DNA of 64,000 bases from Candidatus Magasanikiibacteriota bacterium (GCA_021648085.1 JAKITS010000001.1:682759-746758), one strand, 5' to 3'. Shown: positions 49,591 to 57,851, counted from the stretch's first letter. Made by a program: numbers and translations. Notes: a model not told the origin generated them from the letters alone.

Positions 49591-50289
49591 GTGGGAGAAG
49601 TAAGGGTATGGCCCAAAATTTGTCATAGAAAAATTGGCGAGTTGACTTTGCACGAGCAAAGTCAACTCACTTTAATTGTAAAACAAAACTACCCAGATTG
49701 CAAAGAGCAAGCTGGGGATTTCGAGGAGGTATTGGAAGAAAAGCAAGGCGAAGTCACCTATTTGGAGACAAATAGTGAGATTGAAGCCTTTTTCTACACA
49801 GAAAACTTGGGCAAAGCTGGGGTTCAATTCCGATTCGTGAATGTCAAAAAAGACAGTCAGCGAAATGGACTCGGACAAAAGCTTATCGAGTTAATGGCTC
49901 AAAAAATTGAAACAACCCGCATTATAGGTTGCGTCGTCGTTGGCAATGCAATCGGCGAGCAGTATGTGGATGCTGGTTGTGTTATTAATGGTATCGAGGA
50001 GATTGAAGAAGGTGTTACGGTTTTTAACTTAGTTGGAAGCCGTGAAATGAACTCTTTATTTACCACAAAAATGTGGGGAATAAGGGAATTTGTAAAAACC
50101 TTTGATCGCCAAAAGAAGGAAGTGACAAGATTTTTACTGGAAGAAAATGAGCAAGTAATTGTTCGTGAATATTCCAGAAAAAAAGAAGCCATTCAGGAGA
50201 CAAGAGAACTCCTGAAAAGAGGCTATTTCGGAACTATCTACATAGTAGATAGCGAAGAAGAAATGATCATTTGCTTCGAAAAAATTTGA
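49591..50289 (+). CDS. GNAT-family N-acetyltransferase-like protein
   Basis: GTG start after the SD aaggagg. A TTGACAAAA/tataat promoter at 49493. Motif A-like RNGLGQKLIELM. GC is higher than the background. Confidence 0.5.
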   Translation: MGEVRVWPKICHRKIGELTLHEQSQLTLIVKQNYPDCKEQAGDFEEVLEEKQGEVTYLETNSEIEAFFYTENLGKAGVQFRFVNVKKDSQRNGLGQKLIELMAQKIETTRIIGCVVVGNAIGEQYVDAGCVINGIEEIEEGVTVFNLVGSREMNSLFTTKMWGIREFVKTFDRQKKEVTRFLLEENEQVIVREYSRKKEAIQETRELLKRGYFGTIYIVDSEEEMIICFEKI

Positions 50290-50310
50290 TTTCTTGCGTG
50301 TTTTTACCAG

Positions 50311-50344
50311 CCGTTCTCACACTTTAGTGAGAACGGCTTTTTTA
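50311..50344. terminator. bidirectional terminator
   Basis: ccgttctcacactttagtgagaacgg followed by TTTTTT. Confidence 0.7.
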
Positions 50345-51124
50345 TTTACTTGAATGCTCCCAAATAAAACCAAAAAGCTGCTTATAAAAAGTATAGACTT
50401 CCCTATCTTCTATTATAAAAGTGACCAATTTTCCCTCTCTTAAACTCAAAATGCCGACTTTATCTTCATAAATAAGCAAAAATAAGAATAAGTCTTTAAA
50501 CCTTTCTGGCAAAAATTTTACTTTTGTAAACTCTCCTGGTTTAATTTTTTTATAAGATTTCCTTGCAAAAGGTGTATCTACAGACAATAAATCCATTTTT
50601 ATACCCTGTTTTAGACGCACTTTTGTAAATTTATTCACCAATTCAGAAAAATTCTTGTCTAATACATCTTTATTTACAATACTTAAAATCTTCTTTCTGG
50701 GCTTCAAACTATCGTCCAAAGCCTCTTTTAACCCCTTTTTACCCTCAAAAAACCTAACATTTGGCTTATCTTGCCCCAAACGATACAAAGACTGCAAATC
50801 AAACAAATTACTATTTAATATCTTCTTTTTTGCCAACACCTCTGTTTCTTCTACTTTTAGCAAGTTTTTTAAATTGTCCGGTGGTAGTGAATTATATACA
50901 GTTTTCCCAGAATCTTTACTCTTTTTCAACAAACCTTTTTCATTTAATCCATCCAACACATAATAAAGCAGAGTTCTGGAAAGATCTATGTTTTTTTGTA
51001 AAATTTTTATATTAGTGTTTGCGTTTTTGAGCAAAAATTCATAAACCATCGCTTCGTTTTTACTGAGCCCCAAGCTAACCAATGTTTTTTGGGTTGTATT
51101 TACTTTTTTATTACTTTTTGACAT
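50342..51124 (-). CDS. TrmB-like winged-HTH transcriptional regulator
   Basis: N-terminal wHTH (KNEAMVYEFLLKNANTNIKILQKNIDLSRTLLYYVLDGLNEKGLL) plus a ~150-aa C-terminal effector-type domain. Confidence 0.6.
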   Translation of the reverse strand: MSKSNKKVNTTQKTLVSLGLSKNEAMVYEFLLKNANTNIKILQKNIDLSRTLLYYVLDGLNEKGLLKKSKDSGKTVYNSLPPDNLKNLLKVEETEVLAKKKILNSNLFDLQSLYRLGQDKPNVRFFEGKKGLKEALDDSLKPRKKILSIVNKDVLDKNFSELVNKFTKVRLKQGIKMDLLSVDTPFARKSYKKIKPGEFTKVKFLPERFKDLFLFLLIYEDKVGILSLREGKLVTFIIEDREVYTFYKQLFGFIWEHSSK

Positions 51125-51179
51125 ATTTTTTATTGTTTATAGTAGTATTATAAATAATAATACCATATTTTTCTTATTT

Positions 51180-51198
51180 TGTCAAATTTAGTTTGACA
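51180..51198. promoter_or_regulatory. perfect palindrome TGTCAAA-TTTAG-TTTGACA overlapping the -35 of the regulator promoter
   Basis: Two inverted TTGACA hexamers sit 56-74 nt upstream of the start of the TrmB-like gene. Confidence 0.5.
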
Positions 51199-51780
51199 TT
51201 TTTTACTATCACAAATACTTATTTTGTCTACAAAGACTTGACAAAGTTTTATTTTTATGATATTGTTGCTCTTGTTCATAACGCAAAAGCTTGTCAAGTC
51301 GCAGCGGATCTAAGTCATTTAAGCATCCGTACATGTTTGACTTACACACAAGTAAACACGCTTTGAACATTTCAAAAAATGTTTGCAAGGATTTTATCCA
51401 AAACAAACATCAAATGTCATATTGGTGATACTTGCCCTTTTTGGGCAGTATCGTTTCAAACACCTATTGAGCTGGAGAACTTAATAAGTGTTTGAAACGA
51501 TGCTATTCAAAAAAACACCTCCCCAATTACTAATTAAACAAAAAATATGGTTTTCCCAGCAGAACTTATCTCATTATTTTAAACAAAAGAAGATAGTATA
51601 AACCTTTCTCCACTTAATTGAATCCTTGAGTTATTCAAGGATTCAACAGAGTCTAGTTTTAAACATTAGTCAAAAACAATTTTCCGCTTAATTTGTGTAA
51701 GAAATATACAAATTAAACTGGAAATGGTTTCCAAAAAGGTGTCCCTCCCTTTGAGTGATAATAAAAAAAAGGAGGTTTAA

Positions 51781-52017
51781 ATGACCAACTTAGCTCAAGC
51801 TTTTGCAGCGGCTGGCATCGTAGATGCAGAGTCAGCCCAAAAAGCTGAGCGGGCAGTGGAACGTCGCGCCGCCGTAAACACACTTTGTGTTCGGGTGAGC
51901 AAGGCTTTCCAACTCGCCAAATCGCTTCCTTCGGGAAGTGACGCCGCGAATCGGGAGTGGAAGCATTATTATACGCTACGCAACCGCCTGCCCTACCATC
52001 TCCGACAAGCCTACTAG
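51781..52017 (+). CDS. small protein (78 aa) encoded in a ~56% GC segment; could instead be, or also be, a structured RNA
   Basis: A perfect SD aaaaaaggagg lies 6 nt before the ATG. I counted 67/120 G+C in the first 120 nt. The segment contains a cuuccUUCGggaag hairpin and other stems. Confidence 0.4.
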   Translation: MTNLAQAFAAAGIVDAESAQKAERAVERRAAVNTLCVRVSKAFQLAKSLPSGSDAANREWKHYYTLRNRLPYHLRQAY

Positions 52018-52414
52018 GCAAAAAGGATATGGTTAATCGGACTCCCGCCGAGCCGATGAAAAATAAACGGGAACAAATCTTCTTGTCTAATAGAGGACAG
52101 AACAAGAAGTTGAAGTAATTTAATAGTAAAACTTCCTAAAAAGTACTATCCAGCCCATCGCCTGCTGTAAATGGTGAAAAATGTGGGAGTAAATTGCTAA
52201 AAACAATTTACTCCCTACCTTAACTAAATATTTAAATATATTTTGAATAATTAGTTAGGGTCTTTAAAAAAATATTACAAATCCTGGATTCAATTGAGTT
52301 TTTAAATAAGTTAAAAGTTTAATTGAGTTCCTTTTACAGTTTTTTTCACAAGAGGCCTCGTATGAGCGATTACGGAGGTAAAATCACCGCGTACCCACAA
52401 ATAGGAGAGAAATC

Positions 52415-53038
52415 ATGAAGACAGCGTACTCCTTTGATTCTACTATTAAAATTCCAGATTTTCTAAAAAACCCAGCTTTTTATCTGGGAAATGAATGGCT
52501 CTTATCTTTAAACAAGTCGAAGTTTACTAAAAAACAGTGGAAAAATAATGGAAACCTACTGTATGTTTTAAAAGCAGTAGGACTACTTTTACTTATTTGT
52601 AAAAGTAGAAAGGTGGAAAAGCTAGCAAAAAAATGGCTAGAACCAGAAGAAGAGATTGAAATAAAAGCTTTGATAGATTTTTTAAGATTTGCTCTAATTA
52701 TAGAGTCAGATCCTGCGGTAGCACCAAGCTTAATGTATATAAATACATTAAGCCCTGTATTAGAAGCGCAAATAGAGGTCTCCGCTATTGACAAAATTTT
52801 AGAAATACTTGATGCAAAGAATAAACATAGTTTTCCTGTTGGAGATATTGAATGGTGTATTTTTGGGCTTGATCAGTTGCGAATAGCTCAAAAAGGTAGA
52901 CACCCCACCCAAGATGATATTGATTTTGATTTCAAAATAATGAATCAATCTCAATTTAAGCGGACAATTTCCGCTATTTTCCCAGAGTATGAAAAGGCTT
53001 TGGAGGAATTCTTGGTAACACAAACGGCTTTTGTCTGA
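52415..53038 (+). CDS. hypothetical protein
   Basis: SD aggagag upstream. A possible coupled 17-codon upstream ORF ends in an ATGA overlap. Confidence 0.5.
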   Translation: MKTAYSFDSTIKIPDFLKNPAFYLGNEWLLSLNKSKFTKKQWKNNGNLLYVLKAVGLLLLICKSRKVEKLAKKWLEPEEEIEIKALIDFLRFALIIESDPAVAPSLMYINTLSPVLEAQIEVSAIDKILEILDAKNKHSFPVGDIEWCIFGLDQLRIAQKGRHPTQDDIDFDFKIMNQSQFKRTISAIFPEYEKALEEFLVTQTAFV

Positions 53039-53166
53039 TAATTAATCAGACACAAAGTCATTCCCCAGACTTTTACATTTTTTGTAAGTAAAAGTCTGGG
53101 TCTCACTTTTACACTTTTATAAAATAAGAGTAGAAAAGTGAGACTCATCACAAAAAAGGAGATAAA

Positions 53167-53307
53167 ATGAGTAAAAAAAAGAAAAAAAGAAAACTCAAAA
53201 CTGTACCACGAAATTTCTTTGTTGTTCAAATGCGAACAGAAAGAAAAAATGGTGCTCACAAAAACAAAAACACTTGTCGTGGAAAATACAGAAGCAACTC
53301 TTATTAA
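53167..53307 (+). CDS. small, highly basic 46-aa protein (not in the ORF track)
   Basis: SD aaaaaggag lies 7 nt before the ATG. Translates to MSKKKKKRKLKTVPRNFFVVQMRTERKNGAHKNKNTCRGKYRSNSY. A terminator hairpin gcaactct...agagttgc follows. Confidence 0.4.
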   Translation: MSKKKKKRKLKTVPRNFFVVQMRTERKNGAHKNKNTCRGKYRSNSY

Positions 53308-53603
53308 TTAGAGTTGCTTTTTATTTTTTTAAGTCCAAACCCTTGACAAATAACTATTTTTATGGTTTAATTAAGCCTGCTTTAGTGTGGTGCTGGAGCA
53401 GTTCGATCCTTACAAGGAGTAAATGGTAAATGAATTCAAAAATCTGTGTTGTACAACTCACACCTCCCAACAACCAAAAACCAGCAGCTAAAGGTAAAAA
53501 TACCAGAAGCTGTTGGAAACACGCTAACCAAAGGCGTGAAAGAAGAGAGGTGAAAGTGCAACTCAAAAATACCAATCTTAAAGATTGGTAAAAAGGAGAA
53601 ATA

Positions 53604-53957
53604 ATGAAGATTCTTGTAGATAATAAACCTGGTTCTTCAAAACTGGAGATAGATAGTGAAAATGATGCTCTTTTAGCCTCCATTTCTCTTGATATTACCG
53701 AAGGTATTATCAATAGTCTAAGCTCTTGGACAATTATAGAAATTAATGGGAAAGATTTTTGTGTAATTTCAATGATACGAGCAGATTTTTTTATGTTTAA
53801 TTCCAATTTGTCAATAATTCCACTAAATAAAGAAATGATTTTTTATTTTATTACTGAGTGCCAAACGGCACTCAGTGAAATAAAGGAAGGCTCAAAAGAG
53901 GAATCTTTTTGGGCAGCCAAAATTGTAAAGCTAGACAAAATTTTGTCTCATTACTAA
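53604..53957 (+). CDS. hypothetical protein
   Basis: SD aaaaaggag upstream. A terminator at 53965-53995. Confidence 0.45.
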   Translation: MKILVDNKPGSSKLEIDSENDALLASISLDITEGIINSLSSWTIIEINGKDFCVISMIRADFFMFNSNLSIIPLNKEMIFYFITECQTALSEIKEGSKEESFWAAKIVKLDKILSHY

Positions 53958-53964
53958 AACCCAA

Positions 53965-53995
53965 ATCCCCGCACAAATGTGCGGGGATTTTTTTA
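53965..53995 (+). terminator. Rho-independent terminator
   Basis: atccccgcacaaatgtgcggggat followed by TTTTTTT. Confidence 0.75.
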
Positions 53996-54074
53996 TTGGC
54001 ACTAATTATATTATAGGGTTTTCTATTTAATTACAAAACAACCTTAATTCTTAACCTCGGAGAGGTCTTTCTTC

Positions 54075-54236
54075 CACGTCATCTTGAGCGACAGTCGAAA
54101 GATCCCCGTGCAATATCACAAAATATAAATAATTATAATAAAACATAAGTCAGTTTTTTCTTTTGTTCTTTGTTAGTTCTGGTGATTCTATTTCGAGATC
54201 CGTTCGACTTCACTTCGTTCCGCTCAGGATGACGTG
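54075..54236. repeat. type-A inverted-repeat element flanked by a perfect 28-bp direct repeat (54043-54070 and 54303-54330)
   Basis: Arms cacgtcatcttgagcgacagtcgaaagatcccc ... gatccgttcgacttcacttcgttccgctcaggatgacgtg. The direct repeat is cttaattcttaacctcggagaggtcttt. Confidence 0.75.
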
Positions 54237-54336
54237 AGAGAATAGAATTAAGAAATAAGATAGAAAGAAAATTTCCTACTTAAATACGAAGTAGTCTTAG
54301 TACTTAATTCTTAACCTCGGAGAGGTCTTTTTCTGA

Positions 54337-57300
54337 TTAATCTACTTTCCTCACTCCAAGTTCTATTTCAACATCACCAATTTTTACACTTTTTTCTCCG
54401 CCGTCCTGCAAAATTTCATCTGCTAAAACACCCTTTTTAATATCTTCTGCAAATTTTTCAAACACGCTTTGAAGTAGAAAATCTTCTGTATGATAAGTTA
54501 TCACAACTCTGTCTTCTCTAGTTAAACCTTGTTCTTTGCGAAGTTGGTTCACCGTTCTTACAATTTCACGCATCAAACCTTCTTTTTTCAATTCTTCTGT
54601 TATTTCTGTGTTGAGTGCAACTAATGTTCTTTGACTTTCAATAACAAAATATTTTTTGTCTTTTTTAACTCTATTTATGTCAGGACATCCCATTTTTAAG
54701 AATTTAACTTCTTTAACATTTAACTCATTTTTAATTAAAGTTTCATATTTTTTCTTTTCTTCATTATCATCATAAATAGGCGGTCCAAAAAAACAAACTT
54801 CTGACAAAGGTTGCCTAACTTTAATTCCAGCACTTGATCTAGCAGATTGACCTAACTCAATAATATCTCTTGTGGATCTCATATTTTCTAATGGTAGAAA
54901 ATCAATATCACCTTCCAGAACTTCTGGCCAATCTTCTAAATGCACACTTTCTGCAGTTCCTTCACCTTTTATTTGCAAGTAAATTTTGTCTGCAATAAAC
55001 GGCATAAATGGCGCCATCACTTTTGATAAAGTTAACAAAACATAACCCAAAGTTTTTTCTGCTTGTTTTTTGTCTTTTTCCAAATCACCTTCAGTAGAAT
55101 TCATTTTAAATCTATCACGACTTCTACGAATATACCATTGAGATAAATCTGCAATAAAATCTTGGATTGGACGAATTGCTTCAGCAAGTTTATACTCCTC
55201 CATATTTTTGGTGACATCTACTACCAATCTGTTCAGTTTTGCTACAATCCACTTATCCAAAACATTTTCCAATTCTACTGTATTTATTTTGCTCACAGCT
55301 TTTTCCTCTGCAAACATTTCATAAAAACTAAACACATTCCAAAGCATATTTATCACTTTTCCATAAACTTCACGCACACCTTTTTCAGAAAAACTCATAT
55401 TTTCTGCATGTACAACAGGCGAAGAAAGTAGATAATATCGCAGAGCATCTGAACCATATTTTTCCAAAACCAACATTGGATCTGGATAATTTTGTAGACG
55501 CTTACTCATCTTTTTTCCGTCTTCTGCCAAAATAATTCCGTTTACAATTACATTTCTAAAAGCTGGCAAAGATTCATCTGTTGGAATAGTAGGATTTTCT
55601 CCGCGAGTAAGTGCCGTCGCCAAAACATGTAAAGTATAAAACCAACCACGAGTCTGGTCTTGACCTTCTGCAATAAATTCTGCTGGAAAACCTGCTTCAA
55701 ATTTTTCTTTGTTTTCAAACGGATAGTGCATCTGGCCATAAGGCATAGCACCAGATTCAAACCAACAATCTAAAACCTCTGAAACTCTGTGATATGTTTT
55801 TCCATCTTTTTCAAAAACCAATTTGTCCACGGTATCTTTGTGCAAATCTTCTACTTTTTGCCCAGACAACTCCTCTAATTCTTCAACACTTCCTACACAA
55901 ATAAAATCTTCACCATCATCACTTCTCCAAATAGGAAGTGGCGCACCCCAAAAACGATTTCTAGAAACAGCCCAATCTCTTACATTTTCCAACCACTTTC
56001 CAAAACGCCCTTGTTTTATATGGCTTGGTACCCAGTTTGTCTTTTCATTATTTAATAGTAAATCTTCTTTAAGTTCTGTGACGCGAATAAACCAACTGCT
56101 TGTTAAATAGTTTAAAAGTGGCGTATCACAACGCCAACAATGTGGATAGCTGTGCAAATATTTTTCTTTTGCAAACAATTTTCCATTTTTTGCAAGCCAT
56201 TTTATAATTTCTACATCAGTCTTAGAATGATCTGCTTTTGGTTTTACTTCTTGCCCGACAAAATCTAGCACTTCTGGTTTAAATTTTCCATCCATTCCTA
56301 CATGTTGCACAAAATCAATCTCCTCTTTTTCTCCCAAACTATAGTCATCAGAACCAAAAGCTGGTGCAATATGTACAATTCCAGTTCCATTTTCTGTCGT
56401 CACAAAATCAGCTTCCACAACTTTAAATGCATTTTTTGTATCTTTATAATAAGGAAATAATGGCTCATAATTTAAACCAACCAATTTTGAACCTGTAAAT
56501 TCTGCCACAATTTCGTAAGCTCCTTTTGTCACATAATCAGCTCTCTCTTTTGCAACCAAAAATGTCTCTTTATTTTTTTCACCATTTTCATTTATTGTAC
56601 GAATTTGCAAATAATCTATATCATTTCCAACAGCAATTAGCACATTTCCCGGTAATGTCCACGGGGTTGTAGTCCAAGCCAAAATATATAAATCTTCCTC
56701 AACTCCCAACTTTTCTTTTGCATTCAAAACTTTAAACTGTGCTGTCACAGTTAAATCTTTTATATCTTTATAACCTTGTGTCACCTCAAAATTTGAAAGT
56801 GGGGTCTCACAACGCGGACAAATATGCATTGGCTTCCTACCCTCATAAATCAAATTCTTATCCCAAAGCTGTCTAAAAACCCACCAAACGCTTTCCATAT
56901 AATTTATATCCATAGTTCGGTAGGAATTTTCCATATCCACCCAACGACCAAATCTATGAATTATTCTTTTCCACTCGTCTACATAATTTGAAACATTAGA
57001 CCTGCAAGCATCGTTAAAATTATGTATGCCAAAATCTTCAATATCTTTTTTTGTTTTCAAATCTAAAGCCTTTTCTACAATATTTTCAATTGGCAAACCA
57101 TGACAATCCCAACCCCATTTTCTCTCTACACGAAAACCACGCATAGTCCAAAAACGCGGAATTGTATCCTTCATTGCAGTTCCAACTATATGCCCATAAT
57201 GTGGCAAACCTGTCGCAAACGGAGGTCCGTCATAAAAAACATATGGTTTATCTTTTGGTCTACTTTCTACTGATTTTTCAAAACACTTATGCTGATCCCA

Positions 57301-57342
57301 ATATTTTAAAATTTCTTTCTCATTTTTATCTGCTTCGTACAT
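54337..57342 (-). CDS. ileS: isoleucyl-tRNA synthetase
   Basis: HIGH motif (PHYGHIVG). KMSKS (KMSKRLQN). CP1 editing domain. About 1000 aa. Confidence 0.95.
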   Translation of the reverse strand: MYEADKNEKEILKYWDQHKCFEKSVESRPKDKPYVFYDGPPFATGLPHYGHIVGTAMKDTIPRFWTMRGFRVERKWGWDCHGLPIENIVEKALDLKTKKDIEDFGIHNFNDACRSNVSNYVDEWKRIIHRFGRWVDMENSYRTMDINYMESVWWVFRQLWDKNLIYEGRKPMHICPRCETPLSNFEVTQGYKDIKDLTVTAQFKVLNAKEKLGVEEDLYILAWTTTPWTLPGNVLIAVGNDIDYLQIRTINENGEKNKETFLVAKERADYVTKGAYEIVAEFTGSKLVGLNYEPLFPYYKDTKNAFKVVEADFVTTENGTGIVHIAPAFGSDDYSLGEKEEIDFVQHVGMDGKFKPEVLDFVGQEVKPKADHSKTDVEIIKWLAKNGKLFAKEKYLHSYPHCWRCDTPLLNYLTSSWFIRVTELKEDLLLNNEKTNWVPSHIKQGRFGKWLENVRDWAVSRNRFWGAPLPIWRSDDGEDFICVGSVEELEELSGQKVEDLHKDTVDKLVFEKDGKTYHRVSEVLDCWFESGAMPYGQMHYPFENKEKFEAGFPAEFIAEGQDQTRGWFYTLHVLATALTRGENPTIPTDESLPAFRNVIVNGIILAEDGKKMSKRLQNYPDPMLVLEKYGSDALRYYLLSSPVVHAENMSFSEKGVREVYGKVINMLWNVFSFYEMFAEEKAVSKINTVELENVLDKWIVAKLNRLVVDVTKNMEEYKLAEAIRPIQDFIADLSQWYIRRSRDRFKMNSTEGDLEKDKKQAEKTLGYVLLTLSKVMAPFMPFIADKIYLQIKGEGTAESVHLEDWPEVLEGDIDFLPLENMRSTRDIIELGQSARSSAGIKVRQPLSEVCFFGPPIYDDNEEKKKYETLIKNELNVKEVKFLKMGCPDINRVKKDKKYFVIESQRTLVALNTEITEELKKEGLMREIVRTVNQLRKEQGLTREDRVVITYHTEDFLLQSVFEKFAEDIKKGVLADEILQDGGEKSVKIGDVEIELGVRKVD

Positions 57343-57520
57343 AAAATGACAATTAACTTTCTTTTTAAATTTACTTATTTATATTATCCAATTCCCTAGG
57401 CAATGTCAACAAAAATAGCTGAATTTAGCTTTTAGACTTCAAACTTCTGATTTAAGTTTTATATTTTGGAAAATAAAAAAATAGCCCGAAAGCTACTTGA
57501 AATTTAAGAAAACTATTTTT

Positions 57521-57784
57521 TTATTTTGAAAGATTTTTTAAAATAATAATTTCTTTTGGTTTTCTCCTCTTACCAAGAATACACAAAGCAATGTCCTTCT
57601 GCACAAACTTTTTTTGTAACTCGTTGACCTCATATAATAAAGCCAATGCTCTTCTAAAAATTTCGGCACAATCCTTAACGCCAAAATCTTCTCTCAGCGA
57701 TTCTATAATCTTATACATTTCGAAGCTTATGTTTATTCCAATTCTCACACGAACTTCTTTATTTTGAATTTCTTGTTCAGACAC
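57521..57784 (-). CDS. ribbon-helix-helix (CopG/Arc/MetJ-like) DNA-binding protein
   Basis: GTG start after the SD aaggagg. Own TTGACAAAA promoter. Beta-strand (VRVRIGINISFEMY) then helices (AEIFRRALALL). Confidence 0.5.
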   Translation of the reverse strand: MSEQEIQNKEVRVRIGINISFEMYKIIESLREDFGVKDCAEIFRRALALLYEVNELQKKFVQKDIALCILGKRRKPKEIIILKNLSK

Positions 57785-57851
57785 TTCAGCCCTCCTTTTT
57801 GTTGTATAATTATTTCAAATAAATAATAGCAATTTTTCACACTTTTGTCAA

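Noticed and set aside
51713-52105. 130-aa minus-strand ORF in the GC-rich segment
   Set aside because: Long ORFs arise in every frame of GC-rich DNA. It has no SD, while the + strand frame has a perfect one. Treated as spurious.
51781-52110. GC-rich segment considered as RNase P RNA, tmRNA, SRP RNA or 6S
   Set aside because: No P4 consensus (GGAAAGUCCGG/ACAGAACCCGGCUUA pair), no tmRNA tag ORF or tRNA-like 3' end, and no SRP domain-IV GGAAGCAGC motif. Only an ACAGAAC fragment appears. It remains an unassigned structured-RNA candidate.
53167-53307. 46-aa basic protein considered as bL34, bL35 or bL36
   Set aside because: The length fits bL34, but the conserved bL34 (TFQPS...HGFRARM), bL35 (AKKRF) and bL36 (CxxC) signatures are absent.
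53360-53806. 148-aa minus-strand ORF
   Set aside because: It is antisense to a promoter, a leader and the SD-bearing + gene 53604..53957. It has no SD and reads as nonsense-like sequence. Probably spurious.
54043-54330. 28-bp direct repeat considered as part of a larger tandem duplication
   Set aside because: The sequences immediately outside both copies are unrelated. Only the 28-mer is duplicated, so it is reported as a possible insertion scar instead.
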